DNA of 64,000 nucleotides, taken from the IMG/VR virus record IMGVR_UViG_2873571580_000001, one strand, 5' to 3'. Origin of the DNA: a virus (taxonomy: Duplodnaviria > Caudoviricetes). Of this stretch, positions 9,417 through 18,433 are shown piece by piece. The position numbers and the translations under genes are program-made. Each line of letters opens with the position of its first letter. Within the stretch, counting starts at the first letter, position 1. Below the pieces are notes generated by a model. The model saw nothing but the letters and a program-made list of their open reading frames with translations, did no database searches and had not been told where the DNA came from.

Positions 9417-9901
9417 AAGGCCACCACCTTGTCGCCCGCGCGCACCGCGCCGCGCAGAATCTCGCGCACGCGGCGCTCGGTCCGGCGGCAAGCCCCGATG
9501 AATTGGCGCTCCGTCAGCGCCTGTACTACAGTGCCGTAGTCCTCGAGCAAACCGCGCAGGATCTGCATGCCCTCGCCAGTCAGTCGCATGACACCAGTTT
9601 CGAGGTGGCGCACACCTGCATGGCCCATGGCGTTCTTCGCCGCAACAATCTGTCCATCGTCGTCGGACACAATGCCCATCTCGACAAGGCTTTCCAGAAT
9701 GTTCACGGCGTCCGACATGTCGCGCCAACCATCCACTTGCGGCACCGCGTCGCGCTCCATGGACATCAACCCTTCGTGCACCTTGATCAGGTGGTTGTTC
9801 AGACGGTGCTCAGGGACCGGATGCACGGAGCTCGCTTGGATCTCGTCCAGCAAAGTGAAATGAAAGAACTGCGCAGGCTTGCGCGTGCCGTGTTTTTTCA
9901 T
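9413..9901 (-). CDS. Phage hypothetical protein
   Basis: Coupled ORF in replication-nin operon. Confidence 0.6.
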   Translation of the reverse strand: MKKHGTRKPAQFFHFTLLDEIQASSVHPVPEHRLNNHLIKVHEGLMSMERDAVPQVDGWRDMSDAVNILESLVEMGIVSDDDGQIVAAKNAMGHAGVRHLETGVMRLTGEGMQILRGLLEDYGTVVQALTERQFIGACRRTERRVREILRGAVRAGDKVVAL

Positions 9902-10197
9902 GATGCATCTCGCTTTGCTCGAGCGAAGCGCCACTTACCAACGGCGTTGCGCTCAAGGTAGCCCTTCTTGGCCAAGATGCTGACGTGCTCGTTCGCAGTG
10001 TTCGCGGAGGTCCATCCGAAGTGACTCGAGATAGCCGACAGCGGAGGCAACTGATCGTTTTCCGCAAGGAACTTCACCATGTGGTCGTACACCTGCTTTT
10101 GCACAGGCGACAGAGCGAGTGGGTAAGCCTTGGCAACTCTCTTCACTGGACGCAGTTTTGCCGCAATGGCGTTGGCTTCAGACATGTAGCTCTCCAT
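9898..10197 (-). CDS. LexA-type DNA-binding (winged-helix) domain protein, no protease domain
   Basis: LSPVQKQVYDHMVKFLAENDQLPPLSAISSHFGWTSANTANEHVSILAKKGYLER matches the LexA N-domain pattern. Confidence 0.75.
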   Translation of the reverse strand: MESYMSEANAIAAKLRPVKRVAKAYPLALSPVQKQVYDHMVKFLAENDQLPPLSAISSHFGWTSANTANEHVSILAKKGYLERNAVGKWRFARAKRDAS

Positions 10198-11582
10198 CAC
10201 AGCATCCCTCTTCCACGAACTGGCGTCGCAATCGGCGCAAGCGTCGGCGGTCCGCCCTCCCACTGCTCGAATGTCGTTGTTTCACCGCCATAGAACAGGT
10301 GCAGGTCGCCAATACGGCCTTGCCGATTCTTCGCAATGCGCATCAGGGCGTAGTTCGCCCAATCGGCGGAGAGCGACGGATTCGCCGCGATGGGCCGATG
10401 GATGAATGCCACCACGTCGGCGTCCTGCTCGATGGCACCAGAGTCGCGCAACTCATGGAGGCCAGGAGGCTGCATCGCCTTCTCGGCAGCGCCCCGGTTG
10501 ACCTGAGCAAGGCAGATCACCACGATGCCCAATTCCTTGGCCAACCCCTTGAGACCTCGGCTGATCTCCTCGATCTGGTAGGCACGCGGCTGTTTGCGGT
10601 CCAGACCTTCCATCAAGCCGATGTAGTCAACGATCAACACGTCCAACCCCTTCGTGCGCTTGAGCTTGCGCGCCATGCTGCGCACCTGCTGGATGTTCAA
10701 GCCCGAGCGATCCGAGACAAACCAGCGCAGGCTTCGCGAGCGCTCGACCCCATCCGACACTCGGCTGTAGTCAAGACCCCGACCACGCCCGGGCCGCTTG
10801 ATATCGCCAATGGAGACGCGCCCGAGAATGGCGGCCTGCCGATCCCGCACGTCGTTGTGCGGCATCTCCATCGACAACAGACCCACGCTGCAGTGCGTCG
10901 CCATGGACAGGCCAATATTCATTGCAAAAGCCGTCTTGCCCATGGCCGGGCGCGCGCCGATCACCACCAAGTTGCCACGCACAAGCCCACCGTCGAGCAT
11001 CTCGTCGAAGTCGTTCAAGCCGGTTGACATGCCGGTAATGGCGCCCTCATGGCGTTGCTCGATCAGCTCGGTGTGCTGAATGGCGGCGGTATACGCATCC
11101 ACCCATTCATCCTCACCGCCCTGCACCTCGAGCGCCTGCACAACGGACTGAGCCTGATCGATGCGATCAGACACAGGGCCGTCGCCGTGCGCAAGCTCGG
11201 CCAGCTTGGAACTGGCAGCGAACAGCGAACGTGACCGGGACATGTCGACCAGCTTGTCGACGAAGAACGGGAGTCCTTGAACGCCATGATCGTGACTTGT
11301 CGTGACATCATGGACATATTTAGGGTCCACCTGCCCCTGCAACGCCTGCATCATGCTCACGGCATCACAGCCGCGGCCCGATGAAATCTGCGCCACGGCT
11401 GTAGAGAACATCAGCTTGTTCTCCGGCACAGAGAAGCAGTCGGCTTGCAGGCGAGCACCCACACGATCCAGCGTGTCCGGAAAGCCGATAAGGATCGAGA
11501 GCACGGCAGCTTCGCAAGCTGGCGCTGTGAGCGAGGATGCTTCGGGCGCATATGCACCGAGCGGGTAGTCGTTCAGGTTCAT
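10197..11582 (-). CDS. dnaB: Replicative DNA helicase (DnaB family)
   Basis: IGARPAMGKT Walker A, LIVDYIGLM, LRDSGAIEQDAD, IAKNRQG. Confidence 0.95.
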   Translation of the reverse strand: MNLNDYPLGAYAPEASSLTAPACEAAVLSILIGFPDTLDRVGARLQADCFSVPENKLMFSTAVAQISSGRGCDAVSMMQALQGQVDPKYVHDVTTSHDHGVQGLPFFVDKLVDMSRSRSLFAASSKLAELAHGDGPVSDRIDQAQSVVQALEVQGGEDEWVDAYTAAIQHTELIEQRHEGAITGMSTGLNDFDEMLDGGLVRGNLVVIGARPAMGKTAFAMNIGLSMATHCSVGLLSMEMPHNDVRDRQAAILGRVSIGDIKRPGRGRGLDYSRVSDGVERSRSLRWFVSDRSGLNIQQVRSMARKLKRTKGLDVLIVDYIGLMEGLDRKQPRAYQIEEISRGLKGLAKELGIVVICLAQVNRGAAEKAMQPPGLHELRDSGAIEQDADVVAFIHRPIAANPSLSADWANYALMRIAKNRQGRIGDLHLFYGGETTTFEQWEGGPPTLAPIATPVRGRGML

Positions 11583-12412
11583 GCAGCCTCCGGTTGTTTG
11601 CGCGTGTCGTAATTGCCCGCCATCACCTTGGCGAAGTTGTCTGCGTTGGAAAGCCACGCCAGATCAGCCGTCCAGCCCCGGTCGTTCTCGCCGACGAGGT
11701 GCGGACAGGTGGCAACGAACGCGAAATAGCGGGCGAAAAAATTGAGCGCTGTCACCTTGTCGCTGGCGTAGCGGTCGCCGTTGCGTCGCTTGGCCGTCAG
11801 CACCCAACGCCAGCGGGAAGCGAGGTTTTTTGCGCGCTGGCCGTCCCACAGCTCAGGCTTGGGTTGTGGCAGGCTGGGCAGATGCTTGCCAAAAAGATCG
11901 ATCAGCTCGATGTGTGGGCAGTTCGGCAGCTTTGCTGTCGACAAAGAAGCTTTAGCTTCTTCATCTTCTTTATCTGTATCTTTATCTGTCGTGACATCGC
12001 GTGACGCGTCGTGACCAGCAAAGAAATCACCAGATTCAGCAGCAAGCTTTTCACGCTCGCGCTGCTCCTTTTTCCTTTGTGCAGAAGACTTTGCGCCTGA
12101 TTCTGCGTCTCCGGAATCCTCGCGCTTAGGCTGACGCTTATCCCATCCGGAGATAGTCGATCCATCCATCACGCGACCCTGCATCGCATCCAGAATTGCC
12201 TGAATCTGTGACTCGTCACAATCGAGCGCACTTGCCAAATCTTCCACCGTGACTTCAACGTGACCACGCGTGACATTGCGTGACGCGTCAACAAGGATGT
12301 GAAGGTACACAGCTTGCACGAGACTGATGTGCTGCTTTGCGTGACGTGCAATCGTCCGCCACTTGGGATCTGTCGGCATGTCGTGCCAGAGTCGGAGCCA
12401 TTGGTTCGCCAT
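11579..12412 (-). CDS. Phage replication initiator (O-like)
   Basis: MANQWLRLWHDMPTDPKWRTIAR N-terminus; directly upstream of dnaB; contains iteron-like repeats. Confidence 0.8.
   Translation of the reverse strand: MANQWLRLWHDMPTDPKWRTIARHAKQHISLVQAVYLHILVDASRNVTRGHVEVTVEDLASALDCDESQIQAILDAMQGRVMDGSTISGWDKRQPKREDSGDAESGAKSSAQRKKEQREREKLAAESGDFFAGHDASRDVTTDKDTDKEDEEAKASLSTAKLPNCPHIELIDLFGKHLPSLPQPKPELWDGQRAKNLASRWRWVLTAKRRNGDRYASDKVTALNFFARYFAFVATCPHLVGENDRGWTADLAWLSNADNFAKVMAGNYDTRKQPEAA
11990..12284. repeat. CGTGAC iteron-like repeats (putative origin of prophage A)
   Basis: CGTGAC at 11990, 12000, 12010 and 12248, 12259, 12269, 12279 (10-11 bp period) inside the initiator gene. Confidence 0.6.
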
Positions 12413-12413
12413 G

Positions 12414-12469
12414 TCAGATCCCCAGACGCTCAGCGATCTCTCGCACCGCGGCTGCGTACTGCTCTTCTG
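12414..12469 (-). pseudogene. 3' remnant of a phage gene truncated by IS3
   Basis: Reads ...EEQYAAAVREIAERLGI-stop just upstream of the initiator ATG; 5' part replaced by the IS end. Confidence 0.55.
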
Positions 12470-12628
12470 TGAATCGCCCCGGGTTTTCTAGACACCTCTG
12501 AGCCTCAAATCTAAGGCCCAATAGGAGGTGCTATGAGTAACCAAAGATATCCCCAAGAATTCAAGACCGAAGCAGTCAAGCAGATCACTGAGCGCGGCCA
12601 TAAGGTGGCCGATGTTTCAGCCCGACTA

Positions 12629-13457
12629 GGGCCTGTTCACGTTACCGAAGCAACTCAAAGATCAAAGCCAGCGAGACAAACGCGGCATACATTGCATCCA
12701 ACTTGTCGTAGCGGGTAAAAACTCGCCGATAGGCCTTGATCCGCCGAAATAACCGTTCAACTTCATTGCGTTGGCGATATTTTTGCTTATCTAGTGGCGA
12801 GGGATTCTTGCGTCGTGGATGCGCAGGGACAACCGGGATAAGGTTTCGATCCTCAGCTGCTGCACGCAAGTCATCGCTGTCATAGGCGCTATCCATGAGC
12901 AAATACACAGCTGAATCTTGCGCGTCAATCGCCTCGACGAGTTTGCGGCCTTCCGGGCTGTCTCCGGCTTGTCCGGGCGTCAAACTCCAGATCAATGCAT
13001 CCTTGCAACTGGCTGCGACCATGTGAATCTTGCAGCTCCATCCACCTCGACTCTTGCCTATGGCTTGTGGTCCGTTTTTTTCTGAGCCCCGCAGCCATCA
13101 GGGTGAACTTTGACGATGGTGGAGTCCAGGCTCAACGCTTGAACAGCCCACTGGCTAAGTGCCTGTTGCTGCAGATGGTTAAGAACTTCGGCAAGTACGC
13201 CGCTATGGGCCCAGCGATACAGCCGCATGTACACGGTGTGCCAGGGCCCGAATCTGCGTGGCAAAGCTCGCCATTTGCACCCGTTGCTGGCCATGTAGGC
13301 CAAAGCATTAAGGAACCTGTAGTGGCTGATCAACTTGCTGCCGCGAGGCTTGGGCAGCAGGTGACGGATACGTTTGAACTGAGAGCGGGTGATGTGCATG
13401 CAGGCCAGCGATTCTCGCTGCTCTGACATGCACTCAACTATTTAGGTGAACAGGCCA
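12629..13457 (-). mobile_element. IS5-family (IS427-like) element nested in IS3
   Basis: IRs GGCCTGTTCAC / GTGAACAGGCC, TA (or TAG) duplication, two overlapping transposase ORFs. Confidence 0.9.
12642..13429 (-). CDS. IS5-family transposase, two ORFs probably joined by frameshift (13058-13429 and 12642-13022)
   Basis: GCKWRALPRRFGPWHTVY, DST.VKVH, MDSAYD, YRQRNEVERLF; A7-C run at about 13074-13081 on the minus strand. Confidence 0.85.
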
Positions 13458-13638
13458 TAGGCGTAAGTCAGCACAGCCTTTATCAATGGATCAAGGCTCA
13501 AGGAACGCCTGCCCATGATCGGCCGGCACAGGTGTCACAAACCGAGGAGTTGCGACGACTGAAGGCTGAACTCAAGCGAGTCACAGAGGAGCGCGACATC
13601 CTAAAAAAGGCCGCAGCGTACTTTGCCAAGCAGTCCGG

Positions 13639-14514
13639 GTGAAGTACGCATTCATCAAGCGCCATGAAGGTGAGTACAGCATTCGCCGACTGTGCAAGGT
13701 CATGGCTGTACACCCTAGCGGCTACTACGCCTGGAAGGCGCAACCGATGAGCCTTCGTGCAAAGGACGATCAACGTCTGTTGGGTCTTCTCAAGCATGCG
13801 TGGCTCGAGAGTGGTGGCGTCTATGGCTATCGCAAGCTGACCATGGACATGCGTGATTTGGGCGAGAGCTGCGGCAAGCATCGCGTGGCACGACTGCTCA
13901 AAATCGAGGGGCTGCGCTCACAGACGGGCTACAAACGCCGTGCAGGCATGCGTGGCGGCAAACCTGCCATCGTCGCGCCCAATCACTTGCAGCGCCGCTT
14001 CGCAGCGGCCGAGCCCAACCAAGCTTGGGTGACTGACATCACATACATCCGCACCCATGAAGGTTGGCTGTATCTGGCGGTGGTGGTTGACCTGTTCTCA
14101 CGTCAGGTTGTTGGCTGGTCTATGGGCAGCCGCATCGATACTGGCTTGGTGCTCGATGCACTGTTGATGGCCTTGTGGCGTCGCAGGCCTAAGCTGCCTG
14201 TCATGGTGCATTCGGATCAGGGTAGTCAGTTTACAGGCCATGACTGGCAGGGCTTTCTGCGAGATCACAATCTGGTCTCCAGCATGAGTCGTCGCGGCAA
14301 CTGTCACGACAACGCCGTGGCCGAGAGCTTCTTCCAGTTGCTCAAGCGCGAGCGTATTCGCCGCCAGATTTACCCGACGCGCGATGAGGCCAGGGCTGAT
14401 GTCTTCAACTACATCGAGATGTTTTACAACCCGAAAAGGCGTCATGGCACCGCCGGAGATATCTCTCCGGTAGAGTTCGAAAGACGGCATTCCCAACGGC
14501 TCAACAGTGTCTAG
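13639..14514 (+). CDS. IS3 transposase OrfB (DDE)
   Basis: WVTDITYI, HSDQGSQF, DNAVAESFF motifs. Confidence 0.95.
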   Translation: MKYAFIKRHEGEYSIRRLCKVMAVHPSGYYAWKAQPMSLRAKDDQRLLGLLKHAWLESGGVYGYRKLTMDMRDLGESCGKHRVARLLKIEGLRSQTGYKRRAGMRGGKPAIVAPNHLQRRFAAAEPNQAWVTDITYIRTHEGWLYLAVVVDLFSRQVVGWSMGSRIDTGLVLDALLMALWRRRPKLPVMVHSDQGSQFTGHDWQGFLRDHNLVSSMSRRGNCHDNAVAESFFQLLKRERIRRQIYPTRDEARADVFNYIEMFYNPKRRHGTAGDISPVEFERRHSQRLNSV

Positions 14515-14532
14515 GAAATCCGGGGCGATTCA

Positions 14533-14875
14533 ATTCAACCCATCCAAATTTGCACCCATTGGTTTCGAGCGTTTGAACAGAGGGCTGATTGAACGCAAGG
14601 TATCGAATACAGGGAATCGACACGCGGATTGGAAGCGTGTCGATGTCATTGAGTGGGAGGCGATAAACGGACCTGTCCCAGACGGCTGCACCCTCGTCTT
14701 GCCGAGAAACGCGAATAGGTGCTATAGCAATTTGAAGCTGGTGAGCGTAGCCGATGTGCCTATCGTCAATTACCAACTAACTGCCCCTCCCGAGGTCAAG
14801 GAGCTTATGTCCCTGAAATCACAGTTCAGTCGGCAATTGCGAAAACTTGAAAACATCTCAAGTCAGCCTGATTAA
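14533..14875 (+). pseudogene. 5'-truncated phage HNH-family gene
   Basis: IERKVS...DWKRVDVIEWEAINGPVP...N...NL.L...PPE resembles phage HNH_3-type proteins; begins at the IS end; Asp where His is expected. Confidence 0.6.
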
Positions 14876-14886
14876 GCGTCGAACAT

Positions 14887-15111
14887 ATGCAGCACGAAAT
14901 CGAGAAATCACCCACTCCTGCGCTCAGCACTCCGGACATCCAAAAGCTCAAAGATGTGCTGACACTCCTTCGCGAGCAAGGTCGACAAATTGACCTTGAT
15001 CGCACCCGTCTCATTGTCAATTGCGCGTCTGATGTCATTGACGCACTCAAACTTCAATATCAAACCAGACAATCAAAGGAATGCTATGACTCCCAGCAAA
15101 ACCAAAGGTAA
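14887..15111 (+). CDS. Phage early hypothetical (weak paralog of next gene)
   Basis: IDLDRTRLIV versus VDLDRARVVC in the next ORF. Confidence 0.55.
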   Translation: MQHEIEKSPTPALSTPDIQKLKDVLTLLREQGRQIDLDRTRLIVNCASDVIDALKLQYQTRQSKECYDSQQNQR

Positions 15112-15469
15112 GAACATCGATCATCTGCGCGACATGCTTTTCAAGCAGCTCGACCAGCTCGTCGATATGGACAAACCTGTTGACCTTGATCGCGCTCGGG
15201 TGGTTTGTGATACGTCTCGACTCTTGATCGAAATGTCGAAGGTTGAAGTGGAGTATGCAAGGGTCATTCAAGGCGCAATAACCCTGCCGTTTATCGAGCA
15301 CCAGGACGGAAGCGAGGAGCGCCCGCACCCAAGCCTTCCATCAGCATCCGCAGGCGACGCAAGCAACACCTCCGCGGAAGATCGCACACTTCAGGCTTTG
15401 AAATCCGGACCACCCGATAACCATCCATGGCGCGGTGCTGGCAGTCGTATTCACCGACTCGACCACTGA
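15086..15469 (+). CDS. Phage early hypothetical
   Basis: KNIDHLRDMLFKQLDQL...DLDRARVV...SKVEVEY; AAGGA RBS-like sequence upstream. Confidence 0.65.
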   Translation: MTPSKTKGKNIDHLRDMLFKQLDQLVDMDKPVDLDRARVVCDTSRLLIEMSKVEVEYARVIQGAITLPFIEHQDGSEERPHPSLPSASAGDASNTSAEDRTLQALKSGPPDNHPWRGAGSRIHRLDH

Positions 15470-15544
15470 AATCACTACACCCCCTCATCAAAGCCGCGCT
15501 CGTCGCGGCTTTTTCTTTGGCCTCAACAATCAGTAGGTAAAGCA

Positions 15545-16066
15545 ATGCATCCAGCTTCCGCTTTTATCTCGGCGAGTTCGACCACGCTTCCTCAGTCGAT
15601 CATCATCAACGGCTACCAGCTCCGCGACGCACTCAGCCTGATCGCCCCAGAGGGCACACCCCAGCAGATGGAAACCCCGGTCTGCATTCAGCCAGGCCCG
15701 AGACGCATCACATCGCAGGGTGTGGAGCCCGCAGGTCTGTTCTGCTGGCTGGAAGAATACCCAGAGGAAGGCAGCGTTCGGCTGGACGAGAACCCGCGCG
15801 ATATCCGTCTGGCCACCCCACACGACGAGCGGATCGTCAACGTCGCCCAGAAGCTTCTGGAGGCAGCCCGCTGGGTGTATGGCAATCCAGAAGCGCGAGC
15901 CCAGCCCGATGCACGCGCACTCGCCAAAGTCGTGATGCGTTTGGTCCATCCGATTCTCAACGCTCACGCTGACACGATCACCACTGGATCGAAGCGGCAG
16001 CACGGGGACTTCATCCAAGTTCCGCCGTTCAACCCCATTCTTCCCAGCCATTCGCCAGCACCATGA
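15545..16066 (+). CDS. Phage hypothetical protein
   Basis: 173-aa ORF in early operon orientation. Confidence 0.55.
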   Translation: MHPASAFISASSTTLPQSIIINGYQLRDALSLIAPEGTPQQMETPVCIQPGPRRITSQGVEPAGLFCWLEEYPEEGSVRLDENPRDIRLATPHDERIVNVAQKLLEAARWVYGNPEARAQPDARALAKVVMRLVHPILNAHADTITTGSKRQHGDFIQVPPFNPILPSHSPAP

Positions 16067-16238
16067 AGCCACTGACACCATCGACTCACAATCGCGCCTT
16101 CTTGGCGCTATTCACTTTGCCGCCCATCAAAGAAAGCAGCGGCACCGAATTGACCGTGCCAGCCACACCAGCTCCCCCTGTTGTCACGGGCAACCGCGAA
16201 CTTGATGCCGTGCCCTCAAAACGCGAAGGTTGAACAAC

Positions 16239-16442
16239 ATGACATCACAAAACACTCTCGACAGCTTGGTCAAAAACGTCTCGAGCGATGCCGACAGCGA
16301 GTGGAATCAATCCCGCGAGCGACTTGAAGCGGCGGCACTTCTTGCTGCGGCAGATCTGCTGGCGCATGCCGGCGCTGCTGGCTGCTGCATTGCTGGCCAC
16401 GGTGTCAGCATCGAAGTCAAAACCATCGAATTGAACGGGTAG
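16239..16442 (+). CDS. Phage hypothetical protein
   Basis: Short ORF directly upstream of xis. Confidence 0.5.
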   Translation: MTSQNTLDSLVKNVSSDADSEWNQSRERLEAAALLAAADLLAHAGAAGCCIAGHGVSIEVKTIELNG

Positions 16443-16448
16443 CAAGCT

Positions 16449-16679
16449 ATGACTCCCAAGACACAACCCGCAATAGCCGCTCCGCAGGTCGTGGTCACGC
16501 CGTCCAGGTATGTGACGATCGATCTTGCCGTCCACATCACCGGCTTCAGCCGCCGAGCCATCGAGGGCAAGATCGCCCGCGGTGTGTGGTTGCTTGGTCG
16601 GCAGTACAAGAAGGCAGACGGCGGAATTTTGATTGACATAAAGGAGTATGAAAAATGGGCCGAGAAGGCAACGGCGTAG
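16449..16679 (+). CDS. xis: Excisionase (prophage A)
   Basis: YVTIDLA...TGFSRRAIEGKIARGVW...IDIKEYEKW; overlaps int start. Confidence 0.85.
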   Translation: MTPKTQPAIAAPQVVVTPSRYVTIDLAVHITGFSRRAIEGKIARGVWLLGRQYKKADGGILIDIKEYEKWAEKATA

Positions 16680-17806
16680 AGGTGCGCGACAAGTCCATTC
16701 GGGTGAATTTCACGCTGAATGGCGTTCGTCAACGCGTGACACTCGACATCCCGCCCACGCCCGCAAACGAGCGGTACGCTGAAAAGCTGGTGACCAAGGT
16801 CCGCACTGCAATCAATCGCGGTACGTTTGATTGGGAGGTGTTCTTCCCCGGCGCTCCACAGGCAAAGGCCAGGAATCCAGCGAACACCTTCGGGGAGTGG
16901 TGCGATCTGTGGCTGGACACCAAGGGGCGCTTGGCAACCAAGACCCTGAACCAGTACCGCAACTCGCTCAACGTCTGGAAAGAGCTGCTCGGTGCGGATC
17001 GCCAAATGGACGAACTCCAGCACGCCACTGTGGCCGCAGTCGTCGGCAAGACTCCGTGGGCGTCGGCCAAGCTGCTCAACAACTACCTGATCACGTTGCG
17101 CGGCGTGTTCGCACTGGCTGGCCGGAGCCTCAAAACGGAAAACCCAATGGCCGGAATCGAGAACAGCAAGCACCAGAAGCCACCGCCAGACCCGCTCTCG
17201 TTCCAAGAGATGGAGCAGGTCTTGGCGCACATGAAAAAGCACTGTGACCCGCGCATGTGGGCCTATTTCGAGGTGGCATTTTTCACGGGCATGCGCCCAG
17301 AGGAATTGATTGCGCTGAAGTGGGGGGATGTGGATTGGAATGGCCAGACCATTCGCGTTGAGCGAGCGCGAACAGCAGGCGAGGTGAAGCCGCTCAAAAC
17401 CTACAACGCCCGTGACGTGGATCTGGTCAGCCGAGCGCTGGCCGCCATCCAGTCCATGAAACCGTGGACGTTCATGGGTGGGCCGGATGCCGAGATTTTC
17501 CAGAACATCGAGACCAGCAAGCCGTTGCACGATGAACGCAGCCAGCGTGACCACTTCTGGACTCCGACCCTACGGAAATTAGGTATTCGTCACCGCCGGG
17601 CGTACCAGACGCGGCACACCTATGCCACAAATTCTCTGGCCGCCGGGATCAATCCGACCTATATCGCTCGCCAGATGGGTCACAAGAACGCGAAGATGCT
17701 TTTCACCGTCTACGCGAAGTGGATCGACGGCGCAGACCGGGGGCGAGAAAAGGCCAAAATGGAAGCAATGCTCGGAAACGAAAAAACCGCCCAGAAGGCG
17801 GTTTAA
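16655..17806 (+). CDS. int: Tyrosine integrase (prophage A)
   Basis: FFTGMRPEEL, HR..YQTRHTYA, QMGH...LFTVYAKW; next to att core. Confidence 0.95.
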   Translation: MGREGNGVEVRDKSIRVNFTLNGVRQRVTLDIPPTPANERYAEKLVTKVRTAINRGTFDWEVFFPGAPQAKARNPANTFGEWCDLWLDTKGRLATKTLNQYRNSLNVWKELLGADRQMDELQHATVAAVVGKTPWASAKLLNNYLITLRGVFALAGRSLKTENPMAGIENSKHQKPPPDPLSFQEMEQVLAHMKKHCDPRMWAYFEVAFFTGMRPEELIALKWGDVDWNGQTIRVERARTAGEVKPLKTYNARDVDLVSRALAAIQSMKPWTFMGGPDAEIFQNIETSKPLHDERSQRDHFWTPTLRKLGIRHRRAYQTRHTYATNSLAAGINPTYIARQMGHKNAKMLFTVYAKWIDGADRGREKAKMEAMLGNEKTAQKAV

Positions 17807-17824
17807 TCTATTTGGAACATTCTG

Positions 17825-17844
17825 AATGTCCCTCCAATGTCCCT
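17825..17844 (+). promoter_or_regulatory. Putative integrase arm-type sites of prophage A
   Basis: Tandem AATGTCCCT at 17825 and 17836 (11-bp period) between int and att. Confidence 0.6.
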
Positions 17845-17880
17845 GAAGCCCCTGAGTCTGGTCAATCTCAGAGAGGGATA

Positions 17881-17907
17881 TTGGTAGGCGCGATTGGACT
17901 CGAACCA
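17881..17907. repeat. att core between prophages A and B (duplicated tRNA-Val 3' end)
   Basis: TTGGTAGGCGCGATTGGACTCGAACCA identical to 61513-61539. Confidence 0.97.
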
Positions 17908-17987
17908 TATCTCTAGGGGAATCGAGTCGCAATCTGTCGCTACGTCACTCTAGGCGATGTGACTGGAAGCGACCAGAAAACCCATCT

Positions 17988-18009
17988 AGTTCCCTGAGAA
18001 GTTCCCTGA
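17988..18009 (+). promoter_or_regulatory. Putative arm-type sites of prophage B (left end)
   Basis: AGTTCCCTGA at 17988 and 18000; same motif at 61458 and 61469. Confidence 0.7.
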
Positions 18010-18015
18010 AGCTCG

Positions 18016-18282
18016 CTAGCCCCGGAACTGCCCGTGCAGCAGTTTTAGCTTGTTCGCCAGCGTCTCAGCGTCGTGGCGCATATGCAGGGCCGGGATCGTA
18101 CCGATACTGACATGCTCATACCAGACGTGAAATGTCTGTGTTTTCGGCATCAAGATCGTGGCATCACGGATCGCGCTCATGATCGATCCTGCATGGAAAT
18201 CTGATTGCTCCGCGTCACCATCCACGACGGTCACGCTGTACTCGCCAGGTGCGGCCTTCTCGATGATCAACGTTGGAATCAT
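18016..18282 (-). CDS. Small hypothetical protein
   Basis: 88-aa ORF MIPTLIIEKAAPGEYSVTVV... next to att. Confidence 0.55.
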   Translation of the reverse strand: MIPTLIIEKAAPGEYSVTVVDGDAEQSDFHAGSIMSAIRDATILMPKTQTFHVWYEHVSIGTIPALHMRHDAETLANKLKLLHGQFRG

Positions 18283-18433
18283 CGCTTCACCTCTGGCGTG
18301 AGTTGGATTGTTGCAAGTTTCGATGAGCGACCTGCACGATTCGGCTTGATCCAGTAGGTCCATAGTCCCTTCATCCACGCCAGCGCGTACAGCACGCTCA
18401 CTCTGAAACCACACATTTGAGCGCCAGATAAGC

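Larger units (their letters stand above)
12533..13642 (+). pseudogene. IS3 OrfA split by IS5-family element
   Basis: MSNQRYPQEFK...VSARL joined to GVSQHSLYQW...ERDILKKAAAYFAKQSG is restored in frame when 12629-13457 plus one TA is removed. Confidence 0.9.
12470..14532 (+). mobile_element. IS3-family insertion sequence, orfA interrupted
   Basis: TG...CA ends; IRs TGAATCGCCCCGGGTTTTCTAGACAC / GTGTCTAGGAAATCCGGGGCGATTCA; no target duplication (flanks ...TTCTG and ATTCA...). Confidence 0.95.
1..17907. mobile_element. Prophage A (right part; probably defective), tandem with prophage B at tRNA-Val
   Basis: TerL/TerS, RusA, DnaB, initiator, Xis and tyrosine integrase ending just before an att core at 17881-17907; left att not in window; no cI/cro found. 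Confidence 0.9.

Noticed and set aside
17777-17807. Identical hairpin AAAACCGCCCAGAAGGCGGTTT at both integrase ends (also near 61410-61436) as an independent repeat element
   Set aside because: Explained by integrase homology; a terminator-like stem overlapping the stop codon.
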